This document shows positions 19,186-34,811 of a stretch of 64,000 nt of DNA, in pieces (the first letter of the stretch is position 1; the number at the start of each line of letters is the position of its first letter). The notes under the pieces are model-generated. The model ran no database searches. It worked only from the letters and a program-made list of their open reading frames with translations, and had not been told where the DNA came from. Location of the stretch: assembly GCF_009914755.1 (NCBI RefSeq), contig NC_060925.1. One strand, 5' to 3'. Source of the DNA: the human T2T-CHM13v2.0 reference genome, Homo sapiens. The position numbers and the translations under genes are program-made.

Positions 19186-19880
19186 GCTGGTGGGAATGTA
19201 AATTAGTTCAGCCGCTGTGGAAAGCAGTTCAGCAATTTCTCAAAGAACTTAAAACAGAACTACCATTAGACCCAGCAATTCCATTATTGAAAATATGACC
19301 AAAGGAATATAAATCATACATGTATCATAAAGACACATGTACACATATGTTCATCACAGCACTACTGACAACAGAAAAGACACAGAATCAACCTAAATGC
19401 TCATCAACAGCAGACGAAAATGTGGTACATACACACCATGGAATATTATGCAGCCATAAAAAAAGAATGAGATCATGTCCTTTGCAGCAACATGGATGGA
19501 GCTGGAGGGTATTACCTAAGTAAACTAATGAAGGAGTAGAAAACCAAATATTACATGTTCTCACGTGTAAATGGGAGGTAAACACTGAGTACACATGGAC
19601 AATGTATACTCGATGTTTCAAGTACACGCTGAGGGTGTACTTTGTGTACACATTGAGTACACATTTGAGTACACACTGTACTTTAGAGAGTATACACTGA
19701 GAGTGTATTTTGAGGGTGGAGGGTGGGAGAAAGGTGAGGATCTTAAAACTACCTATAGGGTACTATGCTTATTACCCGGATGACGAAATAATCTGTATAC
19801 CAAACCCCCTCAACACGCAATTTACCCATATAACATCTAACCAATAATGTATTCTGGAAACTAAAAGTTTAAAAAAAAAA
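19186..19880 (+). mobile_element. 5'-truncated L1 (L1PB / old L1PA) 3' end
   Basis: GCTGGTGGGAATGTAAATTAGTTCAGCC...GACCCAGCAATTCCATTA...3'UTR and A-tail. Confidence 0.85.
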
Positions 19881-20221
19881 GCTAAGGAAAAGTTCTTCAG
19901 GTGAAAAAAAATATCAGACAGAAAATGAAATCTATAGGAAAAAAATTTTTTAACTGAAAATAGGTATATAAGTGTAAATGACCATACTTTTCCTGCTCTT
20001 TTTCAAAAGACGTATGAATAAGGCAAAAAATATATAACATTATAACAGAGTTTATAACATGGTGATATACTATACAGGAGAACAACAGCACAAGGCACTC
20101 TCAGAAGTGGGGGCAAATATAAATATAGCATTGGAAGAGTCTTATATTTTATATGGAGCAGTAAAATACTAACCCTACATAGACTGTAATAAATTAAGAA
20201 TGAATATTGTAATCTCAAGAA

Positions 20222-20424
20222 TAGAGTTCCTCAACCTCAGCACTACTAACATTTTGAACTGGAAATTTTTTTGCCATGGGATACTATTCCGTCCATTATA
20301 GAACATTCAGCAGCATATCTGGCCTCTACCCACTAGATGCCAGTAGCAATCCCACCCCCACATCATTTCAAACATGTCTCCAGACATTGCCAAATGTCCT
20401 CTGGGGACCAAAATCACCCTGGTT
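20222..20424. mobile_element. MER20 (hAT-Charlie) with its last few bases replaced
   Basis: GGCCTCTACCCACTAGATGCCAGTAGCA...GTCTCCAGACATTGCCAAATGTCC..GGGG..AAAATCACCC.GGTTG. Confidence 0.85.
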
Positions 20425-21149
20425 GTACTTTAGAGAGTATACACTGAGGATGTATTTTGAGGGTGGAGAGTGGGAGAAAGTGAGGATCTTAAAACTACCT
20501 ATAGGGTACTATGTTTATTACCTGAATGACGAAATAATCTGTATACCAAACCCCTACAACATGTTATTTATCCATATAACAAACCTGTACATGTATTCTG
20601 TATTCCACTACCTTAGAACAATACCTAAAAAAGCAATGCAAGCTAAAATGATGACAGAACTGTTTATCAAAGGTTTTTCCTTGGCTCACCTAAGGAGCCT
20701 CTTTAGAAAACTCCCTCTAAATCACTTCGGTCCCCACCAAGAAATTTTAATACCAAAGATATATCTGTTTATATAATGTGATTGGAGAGCCACAAACAAT
20801 TGTAATATAAAAGGATATTCTGTACCCTTTTCCAAGAACCTATGATTGCCCTATAGGAGAATTACCACTCCTGTTGAGAATGCATACTGTTAGTGGAATA
20901 TACTGAAAAAAATTCAATTAACTCAAAAGAAGATAAGAAAGTATGAAGAGAGGAATTTTTTTAAAAAAATAACAGTATGCCTAAGTTCAACCACACCAAC
21001 AATAACATTAACTATAAATTTTTAAATTGCTTTAAAATAAGACACATAAATAACAAGCCAATAGGAGAGATAAAATAGGATACTGAAAAGATACTAAATC
21101 CTAACAAAGGCAAAAAAATAGGGAAAAGATACAAAGAACACATGACACA

Positions 21150-23190
<2,041 letters not shown>

Positions 23191-25031
23191 TGATTGAGAA
23201 GGAGCAAGTGTGTGTGTAACAGCAACTTTACAATTCTATAAATAACTTCAAAATGTATATGAAAGCTTATTTGATGGTTTGCTCCATGTGGTTCTATTGG
23301 TTGAAACTTTCAAAAATAATACATTGAAACTCTAAGAAAAGCTAATTTCACAGTATTGTAAATACATTAGTTAAATCTCAGAGTTTCAATACCATTAGAA
23401 AATAAATTTAATTTTCTTATGTTTACTCTCCATGTATAACCTCAACAGTCAAAGTGAGCTTCTCTAATGTACCATGTGGTTTACACAGTCACTACCACAG
23501 CTCTTTACTCTCTATGGAAAAAGCTTGCTGCTGGGTAGTAAACAGGAAATCATACTGTCATTTTCTTTCTCCTAATCATTTTATAACTTATTTCTAAAGT
23601 CATTTTGTGAATAAAAAATGAACAAAAAAAAACACATGCATGCACAAAATAAAGGAGAAGAAAAGACCCCTGGACTTAGATAAACACTCAAAAATGTAAA
23701 TTGTTTTCTGTAACAACTTGTTAAATTTGACTAGATAACAAGAATCACATCTTACAGCATAACCAAGTTCACAATCTTTATGTTGCTAAAGTATATTTTG
23801 CTCAGCAGAATTAAGCTATCTTGTGAGACAACTCATAGACACAAAATCTTTATCCTGGCATTACCAAATACCGACACTGTAGTTCATCTAAATAAACCAT
23901 TTCATGGAATATAAGAAAAATATTATTCAAAGGACAAAGTCAGTACAAAGAAAACTAAGGGAAAAAGTTATTTGAAAGCCAAAACTGGTTACACATAGAG
24001 AATACAACATGAAAGTTCAGTTTGTTAGATACTAATACAAAAAGTAGAATAAAGTAACACGAGCATGGAACATTTTCATCAAAATGCTTTTAATGATAAA
24101 AATCACCTCTTAGATTTATGACAATCTCAAAACAGTAACATTATGAATTGACTAGTTATACATTATATTTTAACTTATTATCAAGGAACTAGCTTTCCAC
24201 ATTTATAAAAGACTACTTAGGTTTTTATGAAATTTTATTAAGCAAATGAAAGTTAATAAATTATAATAAGCCCTTAATTAATACTATTGCAATTTATTTA
24301 ATTCTATAATTTAGACCTTTTAAACTGGCTAAATTTCCTACTTTATTAATACACTAAGTACCTTCATAGCAAATATTACCACTAGCTATAAGGGAAAAAA
24401 TTAAGAGAAGTGCTGAAATCCAATTTAGAGATTTAGAGTCACCTAGAACATACCTACAGGCTCGTCTTTGAGTAAGATCATTTAGTAAGTATTTAATATA
24501 TACAGAGATGCCTCCTATGCTGATGTGCAACCAAGTTGTAAGGAGCTGTCCTGGATCCATCAAGGAGGAAAACGCAGACAATACTTTACTTGATGTTTGC
24601 TCTGTGATGTTTCTTTTATTGCCATTTCTAACACCAACAATACTATGGTAATGTGTTATCTCAATTAATACTTATCATTTTCAACTGTCCAGAAAAGTGT
24701 AAAAAATAGGATATCACTATTAATATATCACTAATAACCAAGGTTAGGAAAGCATTTATCCTACGTAATAATGAATATTTATCTTTCAGCCCTTTTTTTA
24801 TTTTCCAAGAAGATATTTACTGAAAAGCAACTTACTCACATTAAAAGTACAAATCAGATTATATCTGGAGATAACAACAATTGATGCATATAGTCTTACG
24901 AAAAAAGACTAATATTCAAAGTAATAACTATATTATAACTTTATTATATCAATTTTTTGTTGTTGTTGTTGATGAGACGGAGAACATGACTCCATCTCAA
25001 AAAAAAAAAAAAAACAGAAAATACAGGAAAA

Positions 25032-25364
<333 letters not shown>

Positions 25365-25431
25365 CTAGAAACCAAATTAAAGTATGGCAGCTCTGGAGTA
25401 CAAAGAGAGCGTAAGAAATCCATTTGTTCTC

Positions 25432-25650
25432 CAATGAGAACACACGGACACAAGGAGGGGAACATCACACACCAGGGCCTGCTGGGGGTGGGGGGCAAGG
25501 TAAGGGAGAGCATGAGGACCTAATGCATGGGGGGCTTAAAACCTAGGTGACAGGTTGACAGGTGCAGCAAACCACCATGGCACATGTATACCTATGTAAC
25601 AAACCTGCACGTTCTGCACATGTATCCCAGAACTTAAAGTAAAATAAAAT
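25432..25650 (+). mobile_element. Short 5'-truncated L1PA 3'UTR insertion
   Basis: L1PA 3' end flanked by TSD AAATCCATTTG(T/C)TCTC. Confidence 0.9.
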
Positions 25651-26689
25651 AAATCCATTTGCTCTCTAAGAATCTCATCATACCACTTTGTTTAGTCATA
25701 TTATTTATATAATGTAATATTTTAACTGCTTTTCAGAATCAGCAAGTATAACTATTATAAACCTTGACATATAAAATAAATGTTACAGTTGAAAAACTGG
25801 AAAGGGAATGTGAGGAATTCAAGGGAAAGATGAGGAGAAAAGCTAATTTTTTTTTTTTTACAACTTATAAAGTGGCAAGTTTAGAGACAATGTCTGAACA
25901 CTCTAAAGTTAACTGTTAAACAGCTATAAGTTTAATCATAAAGGCAACCAAAAAATAAAAGGAAGAAGGTAGGATCAGTATTAAAAGTTAAATCCTTCTA
26001 TTTTTCACAATGGGGAGATATTAGGTTACTGAAGGTTAAAGTTTAGTATATTATATAAAAAACTGGCATAATGATGAGACAATTAAAAATAGGAAAAAAA
26101 GTTCTAAAATGATTATCTCTGACAAAGGAGGTAGAAAAGATAGGGAGATTTTTATTTTTCATTTTATACCTTTGTGTGTTATTCAAATTTTTATGTTTAT
26201 GCAACTATTCATCTCAAAATAAACACATACACATTATTAGAAACACATACACATACACATCTCAAAATAAACACATACACATTATTAGAAAAATGATGGC
26301 AAATTCTTATTCATTTTTTTTCTATAGTCCATGGACTAAATACTTTCTATTATGGTATTTCAAAGATATAATTAATTAAACAGACTAAAGAATCATCCTA
26401 AACCTTTGATAAATATGTGGAGATAGCAACAGCTTACATTGTGTTAGAACTGTCAAAATAAATCCACAACCATCATCTCATTTAACCCTCAAAACCATCT
26501 TGTGAAAGCAGATTTTAGAGATTAGTAAAGTAAAACTCAAAAAGGTTCAAGTGATTTGCCATCCCCCTCCAAAAAAAGTAGAATAATATAAATACGTTTA
26601 AAAAGTAAATCAAAAAAGCCTTTATAAAGCACTGAAATCTGAAAATGCTTTCGTAATTTATAACAGGAGAATGACATTGAAAGAAATTA

Positions 26690-27320
26690 CACTTGACAAT
26701 ACAAATGGTCAGGCACATCGGAAAACAGCTGGGCAGTTTGTTAAACATATACTTCTTATAAAGTTAAACACACACTTACCATATGACCCAGCAATATCAT
26801 TCCTAAGTTATTACCCAAGACAAATGAAAACACATTACACAAAGACATGCACTCTAATGTCCAGACTCTTTATTCGTACTAACCAAAAGCTAGAAGCAGC
26901 CCAAATGTCCAACAAGTGATTAACAGATAAACTGTGATATATCCAGACCATGAACTACTACTCAACCATAAAAAAAAAGCTAATGATATACAAGACATGG
27001 ATGAATATTAACAGTATTATGCTATGTAAAAGAAATCAGCCATAAAAAAACTATGTACTGCATGATTCCATTTATATGAAATTCTAGAAAAGCAAAATTA
27101 TAGTAACAGCAGATAAAGTGGTTGCCAGGGTTAAGGGATGAGGACTGGGCTGCAAGGGAGAACAAAGGAACCTCTCGGGTTAATGAAAATAACCACTATA
27201 TCGTTTTCAGAGTGTTTGTTACACTACTGTGTATCTCTGGCAAAACTCATCAAATTATGACTTTACATTGCTTAATTTTATTATGTAAGTTACGACTTAA
27301 TAAGGCTCATTTAAAAAATA
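26690..27320 (+). mobile_element. L1M (MB/MD/ME-type) 3' fragment
   Basis: TTACCATATGACCCAGCAAT...ATGATTCCATTTATATGAAATTCTAGAAAA. Confidence 0.75.
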
Positions 27321-28256
27321 ATCCATAATCACATTTAACTATGACAACAGCTTTTCAGGATAGGTATTTACTACAGACCTTCAAAAAATATTAAAATCAA
27401 TATTAGGAGGGAACTTGTAACCATAAAGTAGATATACAGGAACTAAAAGGTTCTGAGAATGGAACAGTCCTCATCCTACTCGACGTGGCCATGTGGGTAA
27501 ACAGTAGTTGCCTAGCAACTAATCTAAACTCTAAATTTCTAATAAATATATTGACCACATAAGCAGGTGATCTCACAGATGATAAACCGCTTTACATCGA
27601 AGGGTTCTTCCTTTAATAATAAAAAATAATAATGTGCTTAAGTTATTTATCTAAAGTAGGAGTGAACAAGGTGTATTAAACCTAGATGATGAAAAATAAA
27701 AATACGAAATTAAACATAAACATACACACACAAAAAATCCTTGTCCTCATTTGGCCTTTTACGTCAGGACTTTACTTACCAAATTTATGGGATTAATCCA
27801 TGAGTTTGCGGGTGAACCCTTTCCCCTTTTCTACTTTAAGCCATTCCCCTACAACCATTCAAACTGGCTTAATTCTCTTATTTATATATTTACATGTGAT
27901 TAAATGCATATAGGATCGTACTTTTACATATATTAAATGATTCTAAAGATATCTCTCCAGATTACAGAACCTGTAGACACCACAGAAAAATACAACACTT
28001 TCTGTAACACGCTACACACAACATACCAGAAAGTCAAACCTAACTTAACTAGATTATAAATGCTCAAAATCAAGAATTACAAAAAAATCCCTTAATAACA
28101 AGCAAATTCCTAACACACGTTAAATATATCATTTCTCTCTTACTAGACATAGCATGACACAGTTTAACAGTATCAGAAAAAAGATCAACTTCTAAGACAC
28201 CACTCACTGCTAGCACTCTTACCAACCGTATTATTTTTGGTTTGCGGAGCACTTAC

Positions 28257-28302
28257 CCCTCTTCTGAACCCAACCTTCTTTCACAATGGTAACATCGCTC
28301 AT
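28257..28302 (-). CDS. AKT3: AKT3 (PKB-gamma) first coding segment, N-terminus of the PH domain (46 nt, phase-1 donor)
   Basis: The minus strand reads GTCATC-ATG AGC GAT GTT ACC ATT GTG AAA GAA GGT TGG GTT CAG AAG AGG G|GTAAGT = MSDVTIVKEGWVQKR(G). This is the AKT3 N-terminus (AKT1 is MSDVAIVKEGWLHKRG). The donor is a perfect GTAAGT. Too short for the ORF track. Confidence 0.97.
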
Positions 28303-28414
28303 GATGACTCCCCTCTGAGCCCCCAACTTGGAGAAATGGTACTTTGTGATATCAGCTTTAGGGTTTGGATTCTCTGCTGCTGCTGCCCTTCCCACTCTCT
28401 AGTGATGACTCAGC
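28257..28414 (-). other. AKT3: AKT3 exon 2 (112 nt 5'UTR + 46 nt CDS)
   Basis: Polypyrimidine tract and acceptor ...TCTTTCTTCAATACTTCCTTCCAG|GCTGAGTC (AG at 28416-28415) and donor AGGG|GTAAGT give a 158-nt exon. No upstream ATG in the UTR part. Confidence 0.93.
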
Positions 28415-28736
28415 CTGGAAGGAAGTATTGAAGAAAGAATTTTTTTTCCATTCTTGCAACTCACAGAGCAATAACAAACAACTAATTCTTTGTAAATGTC
28501 TTCAACTGGCCTGACCTCACATAAAAGTCTGGCTCTTCAAACTGGGGAACTTATTTATTAAATAGTTCTATAATGAAAGCACTTCCCTAGTCTTGTGACC
28601 AATTTCAAATGATAGTGAAACTTTTAACCTAAGAGGTTGCAACAAAAAAGTCTTAAGAAAACCAGTCACGCCTACCCAAATAATAGAGAAAATTTGTTTG
28701 GTGATGTGTATTTGAGGTGAAGAGGGAAGAGAATGA

Positions 28737-29082
<346 letters not shown>

Positions 29083-29618
29083 TGAATACTTTAAGTGATA
29101 TAAAATACAACGTACCAAGAACTCATCATTTACGTATTCTTACTCTGCCTGTTCCAAGAAATATTTTAAGGAGATTAAAAAATAATTGATTTCATATTAT
29201 GTACTTATTATAAAGTAAAGTGAAACAAAGGGAATATGAAAGTAGAAAAAAATATTTAGTACTCAAGATGTGCCAAGAACTGTTACGGGTACTTACATCT
29301 ATTATTCTTATGTGATCTTTATAACCTTATGAGGATACTATTAATTCCATTTCACAGACAAGGAAACTGAGGCTCACACAGATAAACCAACTTGCTCAAT
29401 TTCAACACACCTAGTAAATGTGGAGCCAAGATCTGAACCCAGGCTGTCTGACTCCAGAGCCTGCATTCCAAAACTATACTGCCTTAAGATAAAAAGAAGT
29501 CAGAGTAAAGGCATACATACTTGGGAAAGATACGTCACAAATTTGGCATGGAGCTCTTGGGAAGACAATGCAAATAACAAAACACAACAGGCTTTCCTAT
29601 TTACAGTATCCAAAAAAA

Positions 29619-29826
29619 ATTTTTTTTTGAGATGGGGTTTCCCCCCATCATCCAGGCTAGAGTAGAGTGGCACAATCATAGCTCACTGCAGCCTCCAATG
29701 GGGGTCAAGCAATCCTCCCACCTCAGCCTCCTGAGGAGCTGGACTACAGGCAGGCATCACCATGCCTAGCTAATTTTTAAAAAAAATTTTTGTGGAGATG
29801 GGGTCCCGCTATATTGTCCACGCTGC
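29619..29826 (-). mobile_element. AluJ fragment
   Basis: Reverse right arm plus linker. Confidence 0.8.
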
Positions 29827-30475
29827 ACAAATTTTTTTAAAAAGCAAAAAAAGTTCCTCAGAAGAAATACAACTTTTCCTGGGACAAACATCGAATTTAT
29901 CCCATGGGTCTTCTTCATAAGATGTATGCGGGAAAGTCCTCAAAAACACCCTCCCATATACAGCAATGAGTTTTACAGGGTCATTGCTTATTGTCACTCT
30001 CAAACTAAAAAGGAAAATGCCAACATAAAATTAGTAAATCCATTTGCACAGAAGGGGACCAAAAAATGTGGTCCAGGTACACCAGTGTTATGTGGTCAAG
30101 AATCATATCATAAATTTTAGATAACTAGAAAAATGGATAGATGGACTACACAAACATACTCTCTCAACTTGGTTTGTGATAAATGATACATAGCAGTTAA
30201 GTTCAGTGTTAGACTCCCAACCTAGCGCTAAATTAGACTACAGGTCATTCTTCAATGCAAATTAAGTGTGGAGCTTAACCATTTAACAGTCAGGAATCAA
30301 GACTAAACATTCTCTAGACAGCCTGACTAAATAGCCTGACAAAAGCTATGTAGCTGAATGCAAGACCACCAGCCTCATGTATTATGAGGTCACAGGCAGA
30401 ACCTATAGGTAAGGCTGAGACTCCTCAAAATCACCATGAGTCTGTTGCTGTAGAGTGTCAAAAAGGGATATTAGT

Positions 30476-30768
30476 TTGTAATCCCAGCACTTTGGGAGGC
30501 CAGGGCAGGAGGATCACTTATGTCCAGGAGTTCAAGGCCAGCCTGGGCAACAAAGTGAGACTATGTCCGTACAAAAAGGAAAAAAAAAAAGAAAAATTTA
30601 CAATTAGCTGGGCATCATGGCATGCACCTGCAGTCCCAGCTGCTTGGGAGGCTGAGGTGGGAGAAATCACTTGAGCCCAGAAGTTTAAAGCTGCGGTGAG
30701 CTATGACTGCACCACCACACTCTGGCCTGGGCAACAGAGCAAGACCCTGTCTCTTTTTTAAAAAAAAG
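30476..30768 (+). mobile_element. AluJ
   Basis: TGTAATCCCAGCACTTTGGGAGGCC...GGATCACTT..GTCCAGGAGTTCAAGG...GCAAGACCCTGTCTC. Confidence 0.88.
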
Positions 30769-32883
30769 GGGGTATTAGAATCTGGATGTATTTTCCCAAA
30801 ATACATTTGTTTGACAGAATGCTAAATTAGAGAAATTCTAGAAAAAAAATGAAAATAAAAAGAGAAATTCTGTGGGCTAGTTAGTGAGATATTCCACAAA
30901 TCATACTCTTGAAACGTCACTATTGGCATATTAAAGGTTCTAAAATAAATAAATATGTATAACTTTATCTCAGCAAAGCCTAAATTTATTACTGTCATAG
31001 GAAATGGCCACATAATAAGACTCATTTCACCACACATGTTAAAAAAAAAAAAGCCAAAAAACCTTCAATAAAGAATCTAAACATTAAAAAACATTTTAAT
31101 TTGATGTAACATCCTAAAGAATCCAACATGGCCAACTGCCTACATAATATAGGGCTAGATAACTGAAAGGGTTAACTACTTACACTGCATAAAGAATTAT
31201 AAGTTAAATACCGGCAGACACTGGTGCATGATATCTCTAGAAGAGCTGCACTGTTGCCCTTCTCTTTGGTAATACTTTGTTGATGTTGAGCAAGGGGCTG
31301 AACATCTACTAAGACCATTCTTGGTTTTGTACTAAAAAACTATATAATATGAGTAAAAGACAATTCAGGTCTTACTATTCTTGGAGTAGAAATGGAAGAG
31401 AGATCAGGGTAATAATTAGTAATAACAAAAAATAATATATAGCCAATAAACATCTATAAAATACATACTTTTGTATTAAAATGGTTTGTATTACAGTATC
31501 TTTTTAAAGAACACTAAAAAAAATTTTCAAAATTGATTCTGTATTTTGAAGTGAACATTTTATTATCAGAATACTAAAGCTGGAGGGACCCTCATTTTAT
31601 AGCTGAAGAAACAGAGACCAAGACAGAAGAAGTAACTTGCCCAAGATCAAAGAGTCACCAAATGGCCAACCAGGACCAGACAACCAGGCATATGCTCTTT
31701 ACACTCACATTACTTCTTCAGTTTAAAACAATACACTGAAATATCCAGACCAACCCAAAAATCAATGAATTTTGTTTTATAACAAAACTGTTTCTAAAAA
31801 CTAGTGCTTTAGATAAATGTTTTTTATCAGTGCTCATATGTGTAAGATTAAACTGTTAAGATGTATGTTAAATCAACAGGACAGAATTTACAATCTTCAT
31901 CAGAGGCAGTGAACCCAAGCATACATTATAGAGATGGCTTTACCCATTTTCACTTAAAACTATTATCAAATATTACCCATAATTTTCAGCTTTAAAAATT
32001 GCTCCTGGGTCTTTACGGGCTAAAATGATACATTCTTTGAAAATAACTTAAAAGATGTCATAGGTACACTACTCTGGAATTATGATCAATAAGTTAGAAA
32101 TAAACAATTATATTGACTAGTAAGCAGCAAACCATGTTCTTTAATTTTCCTACAGCAGCAATGCTCCTGCACCACAGCATGTACACTGTCCCATTCAGTC
32201 TTCCATATTAACTAAAAACACTAATCCACAAGATGAGCTGGAACTTTGTCATCTGTTTCCCAGGGTAGACAAAAGTTCACCTCCTTCTATACTCCTAACT
32301 TTTCTACAGATGTGTTCCATCCAACGAACTATAACAAAATTTGGTTTCTCTTTTTAGCTTATTGTATTGAACATTTCATTGCTAATTTAATTCTTCCCAT
32401 TCTTATAAAGTTTCACACAAAATTCTTGACAGATTCCATTTAGATTTTACACAAAACAATTACACTAAAGGTATCTTCATTCTGAACTGACTGCTTGAGA
32501 ATTTGATGATAATAGTAATGGCATTTGAAAGTCATTTTATAATTTACAAAACATTTTGCATATTTTACTTCATTCAATCACATAATTTAGTAAAGCAATT
32601 TGACAGTGCCTAGCACTTACGCGATGCTGGCAAATATGGAACAAATGAATGAGTGGATGAATGATGAAGATGCAGCCTTAGATAACTAACAAAGAACAGG
32701 CTAAGCAAACAAACATAAATCAGCAGAGAGAATGGTCTTAAGCCATCTTAAAAATAAAACTGAATTTAAACATTAAAAAAGCACTTATAGAGAAATTATA
32801 ATTAAAATTATAATAAATACTCTGCCCTATTCCTTAAGGTATGTTTCCTATAGACCTCCATTAATTACAATGACTAGAACACA

Positions 32884-33077
32884 ATAAATGTTATCTTTTT
32901 CACCATTTTTGTTGAGATCAAGTTTCAACTTCAAACAAAACCACCATCAGTACTATAAATATATATCGATATATTGATGATAATATATTGATAATATATA
33001 TATTTATAGTACTGATGGTGGTTTTGTTTGAAGTTGAAACTTGATCTCAACAAAAATGGTGAAAAAGATACATTTAT
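32884..33077. repeat. Long inverted repeat (perfect 75-bp arms, 29-bp AT-rich spacer)
   Basis: 32892-32966 is the exact reverse complement of 32996-33070, extendable by 7 bp after a 1-nt bulge. Confidence 0.95.
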
Positions 33078-34811
33078 AATATATCGATATATATTATAGC
33101 ATTAATCTAACCAAAATTATCAATTATGGGAAGAAAAATGGGAAAGAATGGCATATTTTCTTAATGATACTTTTAAGAATTTGTAAAAGATACGTGTTTG
33201 CTTATAGTAACCAGCCATTCAATTTTAAGCAAAAAGTAAACTTCTTCAAACATCTTTTGAAAATTTCTACTCAAAAAATATGTAACATACCTATACTTAT
33301 TCAGTCAATAAATATGTATTGTCTACTCTGTGACAACGATTATTACAGGGAGGTAAGTAAAACTAAGTGGTTTCTTTAAAAATCTTTCCCAAACTTGTAA
33401 CTTATCAAAGAGCTTTCACATATATCAATTCATTTGACTCTAAAAAATAAATCTGTGCTGTAGTTATTACAGCCACAATTTTGAACCTGTGACCAATCAA
33501 TAATAACATCACTTCCCCTAGTTACAATAAGTTACCAACAGGTTAAAAAAAAAAAAAAAGTGACTACCTTCAAGTCTTCTATCAATTTGGTATGCTTTCT
33601 ACCAAGTAATACAATATGAACTCTCAAAAACATATAATTAACATTTGCAAATAGTTCTGAACATTTTTTCTGTATCAGATTTTTCAAAAGTCCAAAAAGT
33701 AAAATGTTTTTAAATAAATTAAAAATATAACTAAGGCATCACAAATGAAATAACAGAAGACTAAAAGTAGGTTAACATAAAGCTAAAAGTCTCCCAACAA
33801 CTCTCTTTCTTGTGAACAAGGACAAAATTTATAGGTTAATAGTTTCCTGTAAGTTAATTTCTAAGTTAAAAGCCAGAATACAATTCAATAATACAACTTT
33901 CTCTAAACTCTTTGTAATTAATACTATGTAGAATGTATTTGCTCCCCACAATTTTTTAATATTCTTTATATATGATAGCCAAAGTGAATTAGTAAAGGAC
34001 ATCTGAAGTTCAAACACAACAGACTGTTGCAACTTTGAAAAACAAATGATGGTCAAGGGTAACCACAATATAGTTCTGTGGCATTTTCTGATTTCAAGAA
34101 GTAAGTGAAACTAATATGTACCATAATAAATACATAGGGCTATATCAAACTTTCAGAAGGATATGAGAGACAAGAAACATTCTGAAATGGAAAGGAAATT
34201 CAAGGCAATTTGCTCTGTACTTCAAATAATTCCAAGGCAGTCTGTCCCTATTTTCAGAGTTGTTATCCTGCTAAAAAACACATCATATAGAGAAAGTGAG
34301 CCACATAAACTATATACTTTGGGTATCTTTCCTCTCTTAAGAGCACTTTGTGGGATTTTCTTAAAGCTCTTTCTATAGATAACTTCACTGAGGTTCAGAA
34401 TATGGCAAAATACCTGAATAGGCAAAATTCCTAACTTTCAAACAACGTATCAGTTCTTCCAAACTGCCAATTCTGAAAAATCAATTTTATTAACTTTAAA
34501 ACATTTCTACAAAAACATGAAGCATTTTCCTGGCCGTTTCCCTACTCCTGTTTAGGGCATCTGAGTGCCATTTCAATCAACATGTCCATTATTAAAAATA
34601 AAAAAGCAACTTGCACTGTGTGATATACTTAATATTTTAATTTGAAACTAATAGAAAAATGCTTATTAGATTCCTGTTTCACCTAAATCACTGAACAAGC
34701 TATTGATAAATTATTCCCTCCATTTCTCATGTAAAGCGTAGGCTGCCTCTATGTGAAGGCACGTATAATACCATGGACAGGTTGGGGACTGCTACTAAAA
34801 GAATTTCAGGT

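Noticed and set aside
20276-20776. 166-aa ORF
   Set aside because: Chance read-through of MER20 plus the duplicated L1 3'UTR piece; not protein-like.
30770-34810. Possibility that the extra intron-1 segment is foreign or inserted DNA
   Set aside because: Composition and embedded MIR/L2-like relics match the surrounding intron. There are no ORFs, LTRs or TSDs suggesting an insertion.
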